The position numbers and the translations under genes were made by a program. A DNA stretch of 64,000 bases from an uncultured Gammaproteobacteria bacterium (GTDB taxonomy: Bacteria > Pseudomonadota > Gammaproteobacteria > CAWJPQ01): positions 101,955-165,954 of the forward strand of contig CAWJPQ010000012.1 of assembly GCA_963844825.1 (NCBI GenBank), read 5' to 3'. Under the pieces are notes generated by a model. The model was not told the origin of the DNA. It did no database searches and saw nothing but the letters and a program-made list of their open reading frames with translations. The number at the start of each line of letters is the position of its first letter. Position 1 is the first letter of the stretch. Shown piece by piece: positions 21,134 to 29,478 of the stretch.

Positions 21134-21760
21134 ATGGAATCCGATGTTTGTTCCCCCGTGCAAGAACAGCCGCCGGGCGATCCCGGCCCCGCTGATGTAG
21201 GCGACCGTCCGAGGCCCGCGGCGCTCAGTCTCGAGCTTTTGCAAAGCATTGACTGGAAGCTTTTCGAGGAAGTCTGCGCGGAATACTTTCGTTTATGTGG
21301 ATTCCATGCCACCACTCAAAGATGCGGTGCGGATGGAGGGATCGATATTCGGCTTGGGTTGCCCAGCGATCCATCACAAATTGTGAATATCGTTCAATGC
21401 AAGCGATGGGGAAAGCCGGTCCGCGTCAAGGAGCTGCGAGAGTTTCTTGGGGTCATGGCAGCGAATAAAATATCACATGGTGTGTTCGTCACCTCTTCTA
21501 CCTTCAACGTCAAAGCAAAGAAGTTTGCCGCAGAGAACGGCGTTCACTTGCTCGATGGGGAGGGTATCCTGAAGAGAATGATGGAACGCTCGCAGACGGA
21601 TAGGGAGCGCCTTCTGAAAATCGCCACTCAAGGCGATTATCTCACGCCTACCTGTGCCAGCTGCGGCATCAAACTGGTCAATCGTCGGAATAAAAAGGAC
21701 AACTCGATGTTCTGGGGTTGTATAAATTACCCTCAGTGTTGGTATACCCTTCCTGTTTGA
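21134..21760 (+). CDS. Mrr_cat-type restriction endonuclease fused to a C4 zinc finger (topoisomerase-type)
   Basis: FEEVCAEYFRLCGF...GADGGIDIRL...IVQCKRWGKPVRVKELREFLG nuclease core, then CASCG...WGCINYPQC zinc ribbon. Confidence 0.75.
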   Translation: MESDVCSPVQEQPPGDPGPADVGDRPRPAALSLELLQSIDWKLFEEVCAEYFRLCGFHATTQRCGADGGIDIRLGLPSDPSQIVNIVQCKRWGKPVRVKELREFLGVMAANKISHGVFVTSSTFNVKAKKFAAENGVHLLDGEGILKRMMERSQTDRERLLKIATQGDYLTPTCASCGIKLVNRRNKKDNSMFWGCINYPQCWYTLPV

Positions 21761-21785
21761 CAAAAGGGCGCCCCTCACCCCAGCG

Positions 21786-21804
21786 CTCTCCCCCGAGGGG
21801 AGAG
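21786..21804. terminator. GC-rich hairpin between convergent genes (related to the REP-like family)
   Basis: CTCTCCCC-CGA-GGGGAGAG gives an 8-bp stem, embedded in CGCCCCTCACCCCAGCGCTCTCCCCCGAGGGGAGAGGGGCG. Lies between the Mrr-like gene end and the glgP end. No U-tract. Confidence 0.4.
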
Positions 21805-21928
21805 GGGCGAAGATTGTTGATTGCCTCGCGGGCAGGGAGAGGTCTGATAGCGGCGCTACCCCGCACGACGGGGTCAGAATGAGTTCTTTGCCGCTGGGCG
21901 GTACGGAACCATGTAAGTTTCAGGCCCG

Positions 21929-24454
21929 CTACTGAATGAACTCCACCTTGGTGTCCCAATGCGATGACAGGCTGATGGGCACGGGGTCGGCCTTCCAGAC
22001 GTTGTCGCAGTACTCGCGTATCGAGCGGTCGGAGGAAAATTGGCCCGCGTGGGCGGTGTTGAGGATGGACAGCCGCGTCCAGTGCTCGGTATCGCTGTAG
22101 GCCAGGCTGACCTGTTTCTGGCAATCGGCATAGGACTGATAGTCCGCCAGGACCATGTAGGGATCGGTCTTCAGCAGCTCATCGATGATCGGTTGGAACA
22201 GGCCGGTATCGCCGTGGGAGAAGAATCCGTGGCGCAGCAGGTCGATGACCTCGCGCAGCTCCGGGTTGGCGTAGTAGTAGTCCTCGGGGCGGTAGCCCTG
22301 TTCCTTCAGGGCGGAAACCTCCGGCGCGGACAAGCCGAAGAGGAAGAAATTGTCCCTGCCGACCTCATCCATGATCTCGATGTTGGCGCCGTCGAGGGTC
22401 CCGATGGTGAGGGCGCCGTTCATGGTGAATTTCATATTGCCGGTGCCGGAGGCCTCTTTACCGGCGGTGGAGATCTGTTCCGACAGGTCGGCCGCCGGGT
22501 AGACCCGCTGACCGTTAGTCACATTGTAGTTGGGCAGGAACACGACCTTGATCATGTCCCGTATGGCGGGATCACAGTTCACCACGTCGCCCACCGAGGT
22601 GATGAGCTTGATGATCAGCTTGGCCATGTGATAGCCGGGCGCCGCCTTTCCGGCGAATATGAATGTCCGGGGCTGGATGGTCAGGCCGGGGTTGCGCTTG
22701 AGGCGCTGGTACAGCCCGATTACGTGAAGGATATTCAGGTGCTGGCGCTTGTATTCATGGATGCGTTTGACGTGTACATCGAACAGCGAGTCCGGGTCGA
22801 TGCGCACGCCGGTGCGTTCGAGCACGAAGTCGGCGAAGGACCGTTTGTTGGCGTGCTTGACCTCTCGCCACCTGGCGCGAAACCCCGCATCCTCGGCTAG
22901 CGGCGCCAGGTGCTCCAACTGATCTAGATGAGTCAGCCACTGGTCGCCGATGGCCTCGGTAATGAGCGTCGACAGTCGCGGATTGCTGAGCGCCATCCAC
23001 CGCCGGGGTGTTACGCCGTTGGTGACATTGCGGAATTTATGCGGCCACAGGGAGTGGAAGTCTTTGAGTACGTCTTCGGTCAGCAGTTGCGAGTGCAGCT
23101 CCGCGACGCCGTTGATGGTGTGGCTGCCGACGCAGGCAAGGTGCGCCATGCGCACGTAGCGCTCGCCGCTCTCGTCGATGAGGGACAGGCGCGCGACGCG
23201 ATCTTCATCGCCGAGAAAGCACATGCGCACCTCATCGAGGAAGCGCGCGTTGATCTCATAAATGATCTCCAGGTGACGGGGCAGGACCCGGCCGAACATG
23301 GACAGCGGCCAGCGCTCCAGGGCCTCCGGCAGCAGGGTGTGATTGGTGTAGGCGAAGGTCCGGCGGGTGATGTCCCAGGCCGTGTCCCAGCCCAGGCCGT
23401 GCTCGTCGAGCAGCAGGCGCATCAGCTCGGCGACGGCGATCGCCGGGTGGGTGTCGTTGAGCTGGACCGCGAATTTCTCATGGAAGCGGGTCAGCGGGAT
23501 CTTTTGCACCCGCAGGATGCGCAGCATGTCCTGCAGTGAGCAGGAAACGAAGAAAAACTGTTGCTCCAGGCGAAGTTCCTTGCCCTGTGCCGGCTCATCG
23601 TTGGGGTAGAGAACCTTGCTGAGATTCTCGGAGACGATCTTCTGGTCCACGGCACCGTAATAGTCGCCGCGGTTGAATACCGCAAAGTCGAAGGACTCCG
23701 GGGCCTCGGCGCTCCACAGGCGCAGGGTGTTGGCGGTGTTGTTGCGATAGCCGAGTACCGGCGTGTCGTAGGGAACGCCGTTGACGACCTTGGCCGGTGT
23801 CCAATGGGTGCGCTGGCGGCCATGCTCGTCCACGTAACGCTCGGTGAAACCGCCGAATTTGACTTTGACGGCCCATTCCGGCCGGGCGAGTTCCCAGGGG
23901 TTGCCGAAACGCAGCCACTTGTCGGTCCTTTCAACCTGCCAGCCGTCGACGATGTCCTGATCGAAGATTCCATACTCGTAGCGGATGCCGTAGCCCAGCG
24001 CCGGGATCTCCAGGGTGGCCAGGGAGTCGAGGAAGCAGGCCGCCAGGCGCCCCAGGCCCCCGTTGCCCAGGCCCGGCTCCTCTTCCATCTGCAGCAATTC
24101 ATCGAAGTCCAGCCCGAACTCGGTCACGACGTCCTTGACGGTGTCATGGATACCCAGGTTGATGAGGTTGTTGCCGAGGTGCGGCCCCACCAGGAATTCC
24201 GCTGATAGATAGCAGACCGTGCGCGAGCCCTGCTCGGTGTAGGCCGTGGCGGTGTTGATCCATCGCTGCAGCAGGCGGTCGCGCACCGCATAGGCGAGGG
24301 CCATGTAGTAATCGTTGCGGGTGGCCAGGGCGGGGAATTTCCCCAGCACATAGAATAGATTGTCCAGGAACGAGCGCTTGAAGGCGTCGGGCGTCAGCGC
24401 CGTCCGTTCGTCCTGGGGTCCCTGAGGGGGGAGGCGGAATACTTGGGATTCCAA
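21929..24454 (-). CDS. glgP: Glycogen/maltodextrin phosphorylase
   Basis: Alpha-glucan phosphorylase signatures throughout (EPGLGNGGLGRLAACFLDS; pyridoxal-phosphate site EASGTGNMKFTMNGALTIGTLDGANIEI). Start trimmed from ORF start 24652 to a TTG at 24454 preceded by GAGG. The upstream extension is Pro/Arg-rich and not phosphorylase-like. Confidence 0.9.
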   Translation of the reverse strand: MESQVFRLPPQGPQDERTALTPDAFKRSFLDNLFYVLGKFPALATRNDYYMALAYAVRDRLLQRWINTATAYTEQGSRTVCYLSAEFLVGPHLGNNLINLGIHDTVKDVVTEFGLDFDELLQMEEEPGLGNGGLGRLAACFLDSLATLEIPALGYGIRYEYGIFDQDIVDGWQVERTDKWLRFGNPWELARPEWAVKVKFGGFTERYVDEHGRQRTHWTPAKVVNGVPYDTPVLGYRNNTANTLRLWSAEAPESFDFAVFNRGDYYGAVDQKIVSENLSKVLYPNDEPAQGKELRLEQQFFFVSCSLQDMLRILRVQKIPLTRFHEKFAVQLNDTHPAIAVAELMRLLLDEHGLGWDTAWDITRRTFAYTNHTLLPEALERWPLSMFGRVLPRHLEIIYEINARFLDEVRMCFLGDEDRVARLSLIDESGERYVRMAHLACVGSHTINGVAELHSQLLTEDVLKDFHSLWPHKFRNVTNGVTPRRWMALSNPRLSTLITEAIGDQWLTHLDQLEHLAPLAEDAGFRARWREVKHANKRSFADFVLERTGVRIDPDSLFDVHVKRIHEYKRQHLNILHVIGLYQRLKRNPGLTIQPRTFIFAGKAAPGYHMAKLIIKLITSVGDVVNCDPAIRDMIKVVFLPNYNVTNGQRVYPAADLSEQISTAGKEASGTGNMKFTMNGALTIGTLDGANIEIMDEVGRDNFFLFGLSAPEVSALKEQGYRPEDYYYANPELREVIDLLRHGFFSHGDTGLFQPIIDELLKTDPYMVLADYQSYADCQKQVSLAYSDTEHWTRLSILNTAHAGQFSSDRSIREYCDNVWKADPVPISLSSHWDTKVEFIQ

Positions 24455-24793
24455 GGTGCTAACCTCGCTTCGATGGATGATGGATGGGGGCGTGCAATAT
24501 CTATGCAGGGCGCGGGGTGGCGGTACGGATTGATCCGGTACCCCTCTATTATACTGATTTGCGGGAACAGGGGGTAAATATAAGCCATTTCTGCTGGAGC
24601 GCTCCGGGCGGGGCCGCACCAGGGGGGCGCAGGGACGGGACATGGCGCACACAATCGATGCGTGAAAATGTGCCGCCGGGGCGAATCGAAATGAGAATCA
24701 CTACTGTGGGCGGGTCGTTGGCGTCGGAGGGGGCGGTCAGGGGTATCCGATGTCCTCGCCCGTGACAAAGGTGTAAGGTGATAGGTTAGCCGG

Positions 24794-24867
24794 CTGTTGA
24801 AAAACTCCCTTTCCCCTGAAGGGCGTAAATCCCGCAGGGAGAAGGAACAGGACAGCATTTTCAACAG
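24794..24867. repeat. Intergenic hairpin repeat (REP/MITE-like family), copy D
   Basis: CTGTTGAAAA...CCCTTTCCCCTGAAGGGCGTAAATCCCGCAGGGAGAAGGA...TTTTCAACAG. The core matches copies A and B, and it is flanked by 10-bp inverted repeats. Confidence 0.6.
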
Positions 24868-24957
24868 TCCGTCAGAAGCGGGCAGGCGGCGATATGCGCC
24901 CGAGGGGGGTTGGCCGCGCCGTTGGGATATCCACCAAGCGCTAGGATGAGGTGAGCC

Positions 24958-25239
24958 ATGGCAAAGTACGACGATGATGATCCCGGGTTTATGGGGCAAG
25001 ACGAGGCCGGCGACGGAGACCGTATTACCGGTGCGCTCCTGATGCTCGCGGGCGGGGCGATCTTCCTCGCAACCGTTGGGATAATGTTTTACGAAACCGA
25101 GCTGTCGTTCGGCCACGGGCTCGGCGCGTTTCAGGAGAAATTTGTGTTGATCGTCCTGTTCGGCGTGCCGGTGTTCAGTGTGGGGATATGGATCTATAAG
25201 TGGGGCAAGCGGGTATGGAGGGGACAGGGGCAGGTGTAG
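24958..25239 (+). CDS. Hypothetical small membrane protein (two predicted TM helices, acidic N-terminus)
   Basis: 93-aa ORF with GAGGTGAG upstream of the ATG. Hydrophobic segments are ITGALLMLAGGAIFLATVGIMF and FVLIVLFGVPVFSVGIWIY. Confidence 0.5.
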   Translation: MAKYDDDDPGFMGQDEAGDGDRITGALLMLAGGAIFLATVGIMFYETELSFGHGLGAFQEKFVLIVLFGVPVFSVGIWIYKWGKRVWRGQGQV

Positions 25240-25396
25240 GCCGGGCGCCGACGTCCGCCAAAGCCATGCCTGCGGCCGTGCCGGCAGGGGAACGATAGAA
25301 AAGGCCCCTGGCGGACAAGTACCGACAGGGGCCTGGGAGGAGTCGGGGCGGGCGCTTGCCCGGGAACGGGCATGCCCGTTCCCGGCCCGTAACGCG

Positions 25397-26062
25397 TTAG
25401 TTGCAGAAGTGGTGGCCGCCGTCGACCGTGACTCCGTCCTGAACCTTGGCGTCATCACACAGGGCGCCGTTGCGGCCGATGGTCACGCCCGCGCCGATGA
25501 CCACATGGTCGCCGGCCGTCGCGCTTTCGCCGATCTGCGTATTGGCGCCGATGAATGACTCGTCGCCGAGGATGGCGCCGTCACCCACCTTGACCGGGCC
25601 GGTGATGTTCGGCGTGGGGTTGGGGATCTTCGGCCCGAACCACACATGGTTTTTACCCAGCTGGTTACGGCTTCCGATCACCGCCTTGTTGCCGATCATG
25701 GAGCCGGGACCGATGCTGGTCCACCGGCCGACGCGGCTGGCGCCGCCAAGCGAGCTCTGATCACCGATGGCAACGCCGTCGCCGATAACCGCATCCTGGG
25801 AGATGGCTACGTCGTCACCGATGGTGCTGCAGGCACCGATCGTGACGTTGGAGCCGATCTTGGCGTTCTTGCCGATGGTGGTCCCGGCACCGATCTTCGC
25901 CGTCTCGGAAATGGTTGTGCCCGCTCCCCAGGAGACCGGTCCCCAGGTGCTGGGTTCGGTGGGGTCGCAGCCCCGGGTGGAGGCGAGCGCGGAATTCGAG
26001 GCCGCTACGGCCGCGAGCAGGGGAAGGGCGGTCATCAGTGTCTTCGTACGAATGGATTTCAT
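25397..26062 (-). CDS. Secreted left-handed beta-helix (hexapeptide-repeat) protein, paralog 1
   Basis: Signal peptide MKSIRTKTLMTALPLLAAVAASNSALA. About 14 consecutive xx[ILV]Gxx hexads (AKIGAG TTIGKN AKIGSN VTIGAC ...). A loop (HVWFGPKIPNPTPNITGP) separates them from further hexads. AGGAG RBS present. Confidence 0.75.
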   Translation of the reverse strand: MKSIRTKTLMTALPLLAAVAASNSALASTRGCDPTEPSTWGPVSWGAGTTISETAKIGAGTTIGKNAKIGSNVTIGACSTIGDDVAISQDAVIGDGVAIGDQSSLGGASRVGRWTSIGPGSMIGNKAVIGSRNQLGKNHVWFGPKIPNPTPNITGPVKVGDGAILGDESFIGANTQIGESATAGDHVVIGAGVTIGRNGALCDDAKVQDGVTVDGGHHFCN

Positions 26063-26268
26063 GTCTTATCTCCTATGTATGGCTGTATGGTCAAAGTCTT
26101 GAGCACCTGGATTGACATGGCCGCTTGGCCGGTACCGCGAGGCCTCCGGCCATCGCCAATCGCTTCTGGAGGTGCCCGGCCGCCGCCGGCGCGGGGCCGG
26201 GCACAACATCTTTTAATGCAAACTGCCTATGGCTGTGGCACACGGTCGGGAGTTACCCGGCACCCGGC

Positions 26269-27153
26269 TTAGAAGCAGCCGAACCGGCTCCTGGGCAGGA
26301 CCGCCATGTTGTCCTGGACCTGGGCGTTGTCGCATAGGACGGCGCGGCTGCCCACGGTGACGCCCGTGCCGATGACGGTGTTGGTGCCGGTCCTGGCCCG
26401 GCTGCCGAAGTCGGTGCCGTTGCCCATGACGGTACCGTCGTTCAGCCATGCGAAGGGGCCGACGGCCACCGAGCCATTGGCATTGGCCGAGGTGTCCGGG
26501 ACGCCGAAGCTGAGCCATACCTGATCCTTGCCAAGCTGGGAGTTTTTGCCCACGATGGTGTTGGCTTTGATCCGCGAGCCGGGTCCGATCGCGCTGTTAT
26601 CGCCGATGCGGCTCCGGCCGTCGATCGTGGTACCGTCACCAAGGCTGACGCCGTCGCCGATGATGACATGCCCGTGGATCATGGCGCCCGCTCCGATCAT
26701 GCTGTTATCGCCCACGCGGGTTCTGATTCGGAGGGTGGCAGACGGGCCGATACTGACGCCGTTGCCGATCATCAGTTTGTTGGCGATATAGGCATCGGAG
26801 TCGACCGTGACGTTATCCCCCAAACGGGTGTGACCGCCGATATTGGTGCCGCTGCCGACAGTGGTGCCGCTGCCGAGCTGTACGCTGGGGCCCAGTCGGA
26901 CGTTGTCCCCGATGGTGCCGCATACCCCGGTCCTCACATGCCTGCCAACATAGGTGTTGGCGCCGATGGTCGTCCCGGCACCGATCCGGGCCGAGCGCGA
27001 TACGTGAGCGCTGGCGTCCCAGGTGGCGGCGCCCCATGTGGTGGAGTCGTTCGGGTCGCAGCCCGGTGTGGCCGCCTGGCTGAGGGTGGGGGCGAGCCCC
27101 GCGATGAACAGAGAAATGCCGGAGATCGCAATTTTCCTTACGCTGGTTTTCAT
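26269..27153 (-). CDS. Secreted left-handed beta-helix (hexapeptide-repeat) protein, paralog 2
   Basis: Start set at MKTSVRKIAISGISLFIAGLAPTLSQA (signal peptide) within ORF 26269..27246. Longer hexad array, with the same four Cys positions as paralog 1. Confidence 0.75.
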   Translation of the reverse strand: MKTSVRKIAISGISLFIAGLAPTLSQAATPGCDPNDSTTWGAATWDASAHVSRSARIGAGTTIGANTYVGRHVRTGVCGTIGDNVRLGPSVQLGSGTTVGSGTNIGGHTRLGDNVTVDSDAYIANKLMIGNGVSIGPSATLRIRTRVGDNSMIGAGAMIHGHVIIGDGVSLGDGTTIDGRSRIGDNSAIGPGSRIKANTIVGKNSQLGKDQVWLSFGVPDTSANANGSVAVGPFAWLNDGTVMGNGTDFGSRARTGTNTVIGTGVTVGSRAVLCDNAQVQDNMAVLPRSRFGCF

Positions 27154-27627
27154 TGGCTTCTCATCCTTTGGCTTAAGATCTGCGGTTGAAAGATATTGTC
27201 GAAAGATTATCCGGGTGCGTTTCAGCATCCAGACGAGCGTCAGCATATAAGGGCATTCTTAAATGAATCTTAAAAATCGGTAATATTTTCCCAAATATGG
27301 CAGCCCGCCCATTTCCCGGGCGGGTCGGACCAAGGCAACTATCTGTTATTAAAGGATTTGATGCGGGAATCGGCAGCCCATATGGGCTTAGACCGCGCTT
27401 TTGGGGGCCGAAAAGCCATCTTCAAGCCGAAAGGGGTGACCCCCGAGCAATGCGGGCATGGCGCAACCGCAGCCCCCGTTGTGGCCGCATGGGGGCTGGC
27501 GGGGCCGGACCGCCGTCCAACGACTGTGATGGTTGATTTCGGGTATAGGCACTGATGCAGCCCGGGCTGATTGGGGGCCACATCTTTCTCCTTTCCTCGG
27601 CTTTCCCAATATGGTAAGGCGGGGGAT

Positions 27628-29415
27628 ATGCCAAGGGATTACGGGATCGACCCCTCACCGCAGTTGACCGTCCGTGCGGTTGTGACGGGCATGGTGCTCG
27701 GCGCGTTGCTCACGCCCTGCAACGTGTACAGCGGGCTGAAGATCGGCTGGTCATTCAACATGTCCATCGCGGCGGCATTGCTGAGCTTCGCCTTCTGGCG
27801 ATCGGCTGAGCGCATTGCCGGTGTCCGGCCCTGGGGCATGCTTGAAAACAACATCAACCAAACGGCCGCCTCGTCGGCCGCCTCGATCATATCGGCGGGG
27901 CTCGTGGCGCCGATTCCGGCACTTACCCTGCTGACCGGAAAATCCCTTGCCTATCCGCTGTTGGCTGTCTGGGTGCTGGTGGTGAGCCTGCTCGGGGTGG
28001 TGGTGGCTGTGGGCATCCGCCGGCAGATGCTGCTGAAAGAGCAGCTTGCCTTTCCCGCCGGCGTCGCCACCGCCGAGACAGTGAGGGAGATCTACGCCCA
28101 TGGCGAGGAGGCCATCAAGCGGGTGCGTGCCTTGCTCGGCGCCGGCGCGGCGGCGGCGGGGCTGAAGCTCGTGGACGAATTCGTCGTTACCGTCTCCAAG
28201 GTCAAGCTGCCGTTTGCGCTGCCGGCCGGCGCCGCCCTCAAGGCCAAGGGGATCACCTCCATCTCCGCATTCAATCTTGGCTTTGCCCTGGACCCGTCCC
28301 TGCTCATGGTCGGTTTCGGCGCCATTATCGGTGTGCGGGCGGGTGTGTCGCTCCTGTTTGGTGCGGTGGTCGCCTGGGGCGTACTCGGACCGTGGGCCCT
28401 GGACCGGGGCTGGGCCGATGCGGGGCACGGCGCCGACGCGCTGTGGTTCGGCGCGATGGTCAAGTGGCTGCTGTGGCCGGGCGTCACCATGATGGTGGTC
28501 GCTTCGCTGACGTCGGTGGTGTTGTCCCTGCGTGGGGCGCAGCGCCACACACCGCCGGCCGGGGCATCCCCGGCCGCCATGGGGGAGGAGGCGCTGGTAC
28601 CCCCCCGTGCGTTTGCCGCCGGCGTACTGACGGTGCTGGTCCTGGCGGTCGGCGCCCAGTACGGCCTATTCGGTATCGGCCCCGTGGTCGGTACGCTGGC
28701 GGTGGTGCTCGCGTTCGTCCTGGCCTTTGTGGCAGCTCGGGTCTCCGGCGAGACGGGGATCACTCCCATCGGTGCCATGGGCAAGATCACGCAACTGTCC
28801 CTTGCGGTTGTATCGCCGGGGAACGTCACCGACAATCTCATGTCCGCCAATGTAACCGGCGGGGCGGCCGGTCAGTGTGCCGACATGATGCACGACTTCA
28901 AGGCCGGGCTGATGCTGGGCGCCGCACCGCGCTTTCAGGCGGTCGCGCAGGTCTTCGGCGTGCTGACGGGCAGCCTGGTGGGGACGGCGGCCTATCTGAT
29001 ATTGGTGCCCGATCCCGCGGCCATGCTCCTCACCCCCGAGTGGCCGGCGCCCGCGGTCGTTACCTGGAAGGCCGTTGCCGAGGTGCTGCAAGGCGGGCTC
29101 GCGAACCTGCCGCCCGGCGCGGTGCCGGCCATGATGGGGGGCGGCGTCGCCGGGCTTGCCCTCGTTGCGGGGGAGCGGATGCTCCCGCCGGGGGTCGCAC
29201 GTCTTCTTCCCAGTGCGCCGGCCGTGGGTCTGGCCTTCGTGATCCCCGCGTGGAATTCCCTGTCCCTGTGCATCGGCGCCCTCGCCGGATTCGCCGTCAC
29301 CAAGCTCGCCCGTTCCTGGGCCGAGCGCTTTCTCATCGCCGTTGCCGCCGGGCTGGTGGCGGGGGAGAGCCTGGCGGGGGTGGCGGGCGCCATGAGCCGC
29401 TTGGTCGGCCCGTAA
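27628..29415 (+). CDS. OPT family oligopeptide transporter
   Basis: About 595-aa polytopic protein. LTVRAVVTGMVLGALLTPCNVYSGLKIGWSFNMSIAAALL is the OPT N-terminal signature. Start set at MPRDYG within ORF 27571..29415. Confidence 0.85.
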   Translation: MPRDYGIDPSPQLTVRAVVTGMVLGALLTPCNVYSGLKIGWSFNMSIAAALLSFAFWRSAERIAGVRPWGMLENNINQTAASSAASIISAGLVAPIPALTLLTGKSLAYPLLAVWVLVVSLLGVVVAVGIRRQMLLKEQLAFPAGVATAETVREIYAHGEEAIKRVRALLGAGAAAAGLKLVDEFVVTVSKVKLPFALPAGAALKAKGITSISAFNLGFALDPSLLMVGFGAIIGVRAGVSLLFGAVVAWGVLGPWALDRGWADAGHGADALWFGAMVKWLLWPGVTMMVVASLTSVVLSLRGAQRHTPPAGASPAAMGEEALVPPRAFAAGVLTVLVLAVGAQYGLFGIGPVVGTLAVVLAFVLAFVAARVSGETGITPIGAMGKITQLSLAVVSPGNVTDNLMSANVTGGAAGQCADMMHDFKAGLMLGAAPRFQAVAQVFGVLTGSLVGTAAYLILVPDPAAMLLTPEWPAPAVVTWKAVAEVLQGGLANLPPGAVPAMMGGGVAGLALVAGERMLPPGVARLLPSAPAVGLAFVIPAWNSLSLCIGALAGFAVTKLARSWAERFLIAVAAGLVAGESLAGVAGAMSRLVGP

Positions 29416-29478
29416 GGCTAGCCGCCGAAGGTGAAGGCGTAGGCCTCCAGGCCCGGCTCGTCGGCGCGCAGGGTCAGC
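29301..29478. repeat. 178-bp direct repeat R1, copy 1 (3' ends of the OPT gene and of dipZ)
   Basis: Identical to 31344..31521 except one base (T at 29440 versus C at 31483), by direct string comparison. Confidence 0.95.

Noticed and set aside
24455-24652. N-terminal 66-codon extension of the glgP ORF back to the ATG at 24652
   Set aside because: The extension is Pro/Arg/Ser-rich and unlike phosphorylase N-termini. A TTG with an upstream GAGG at 24454 gives a product of normal length.
24394-25458. 354-aa minus-strand ORF across the glgP upstream gap
   Set aside because: It crosses an intergenic repeat and runs antisense to the small membrane-protein ORF. It has no RBS, and its product is Pro/Arg/Ser-rich.
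25397-27153. Strong short-period sequence periodicity that might suggest a tandem repeat or CRISPR-like array
   Set aside because: The periodicity is 18 bp with degenerate units. It is fully explained by hexapeptide (xx[ILV]Gxx) coding repeats within two ORFs. There are no conserved direct repeats with unique spacers.
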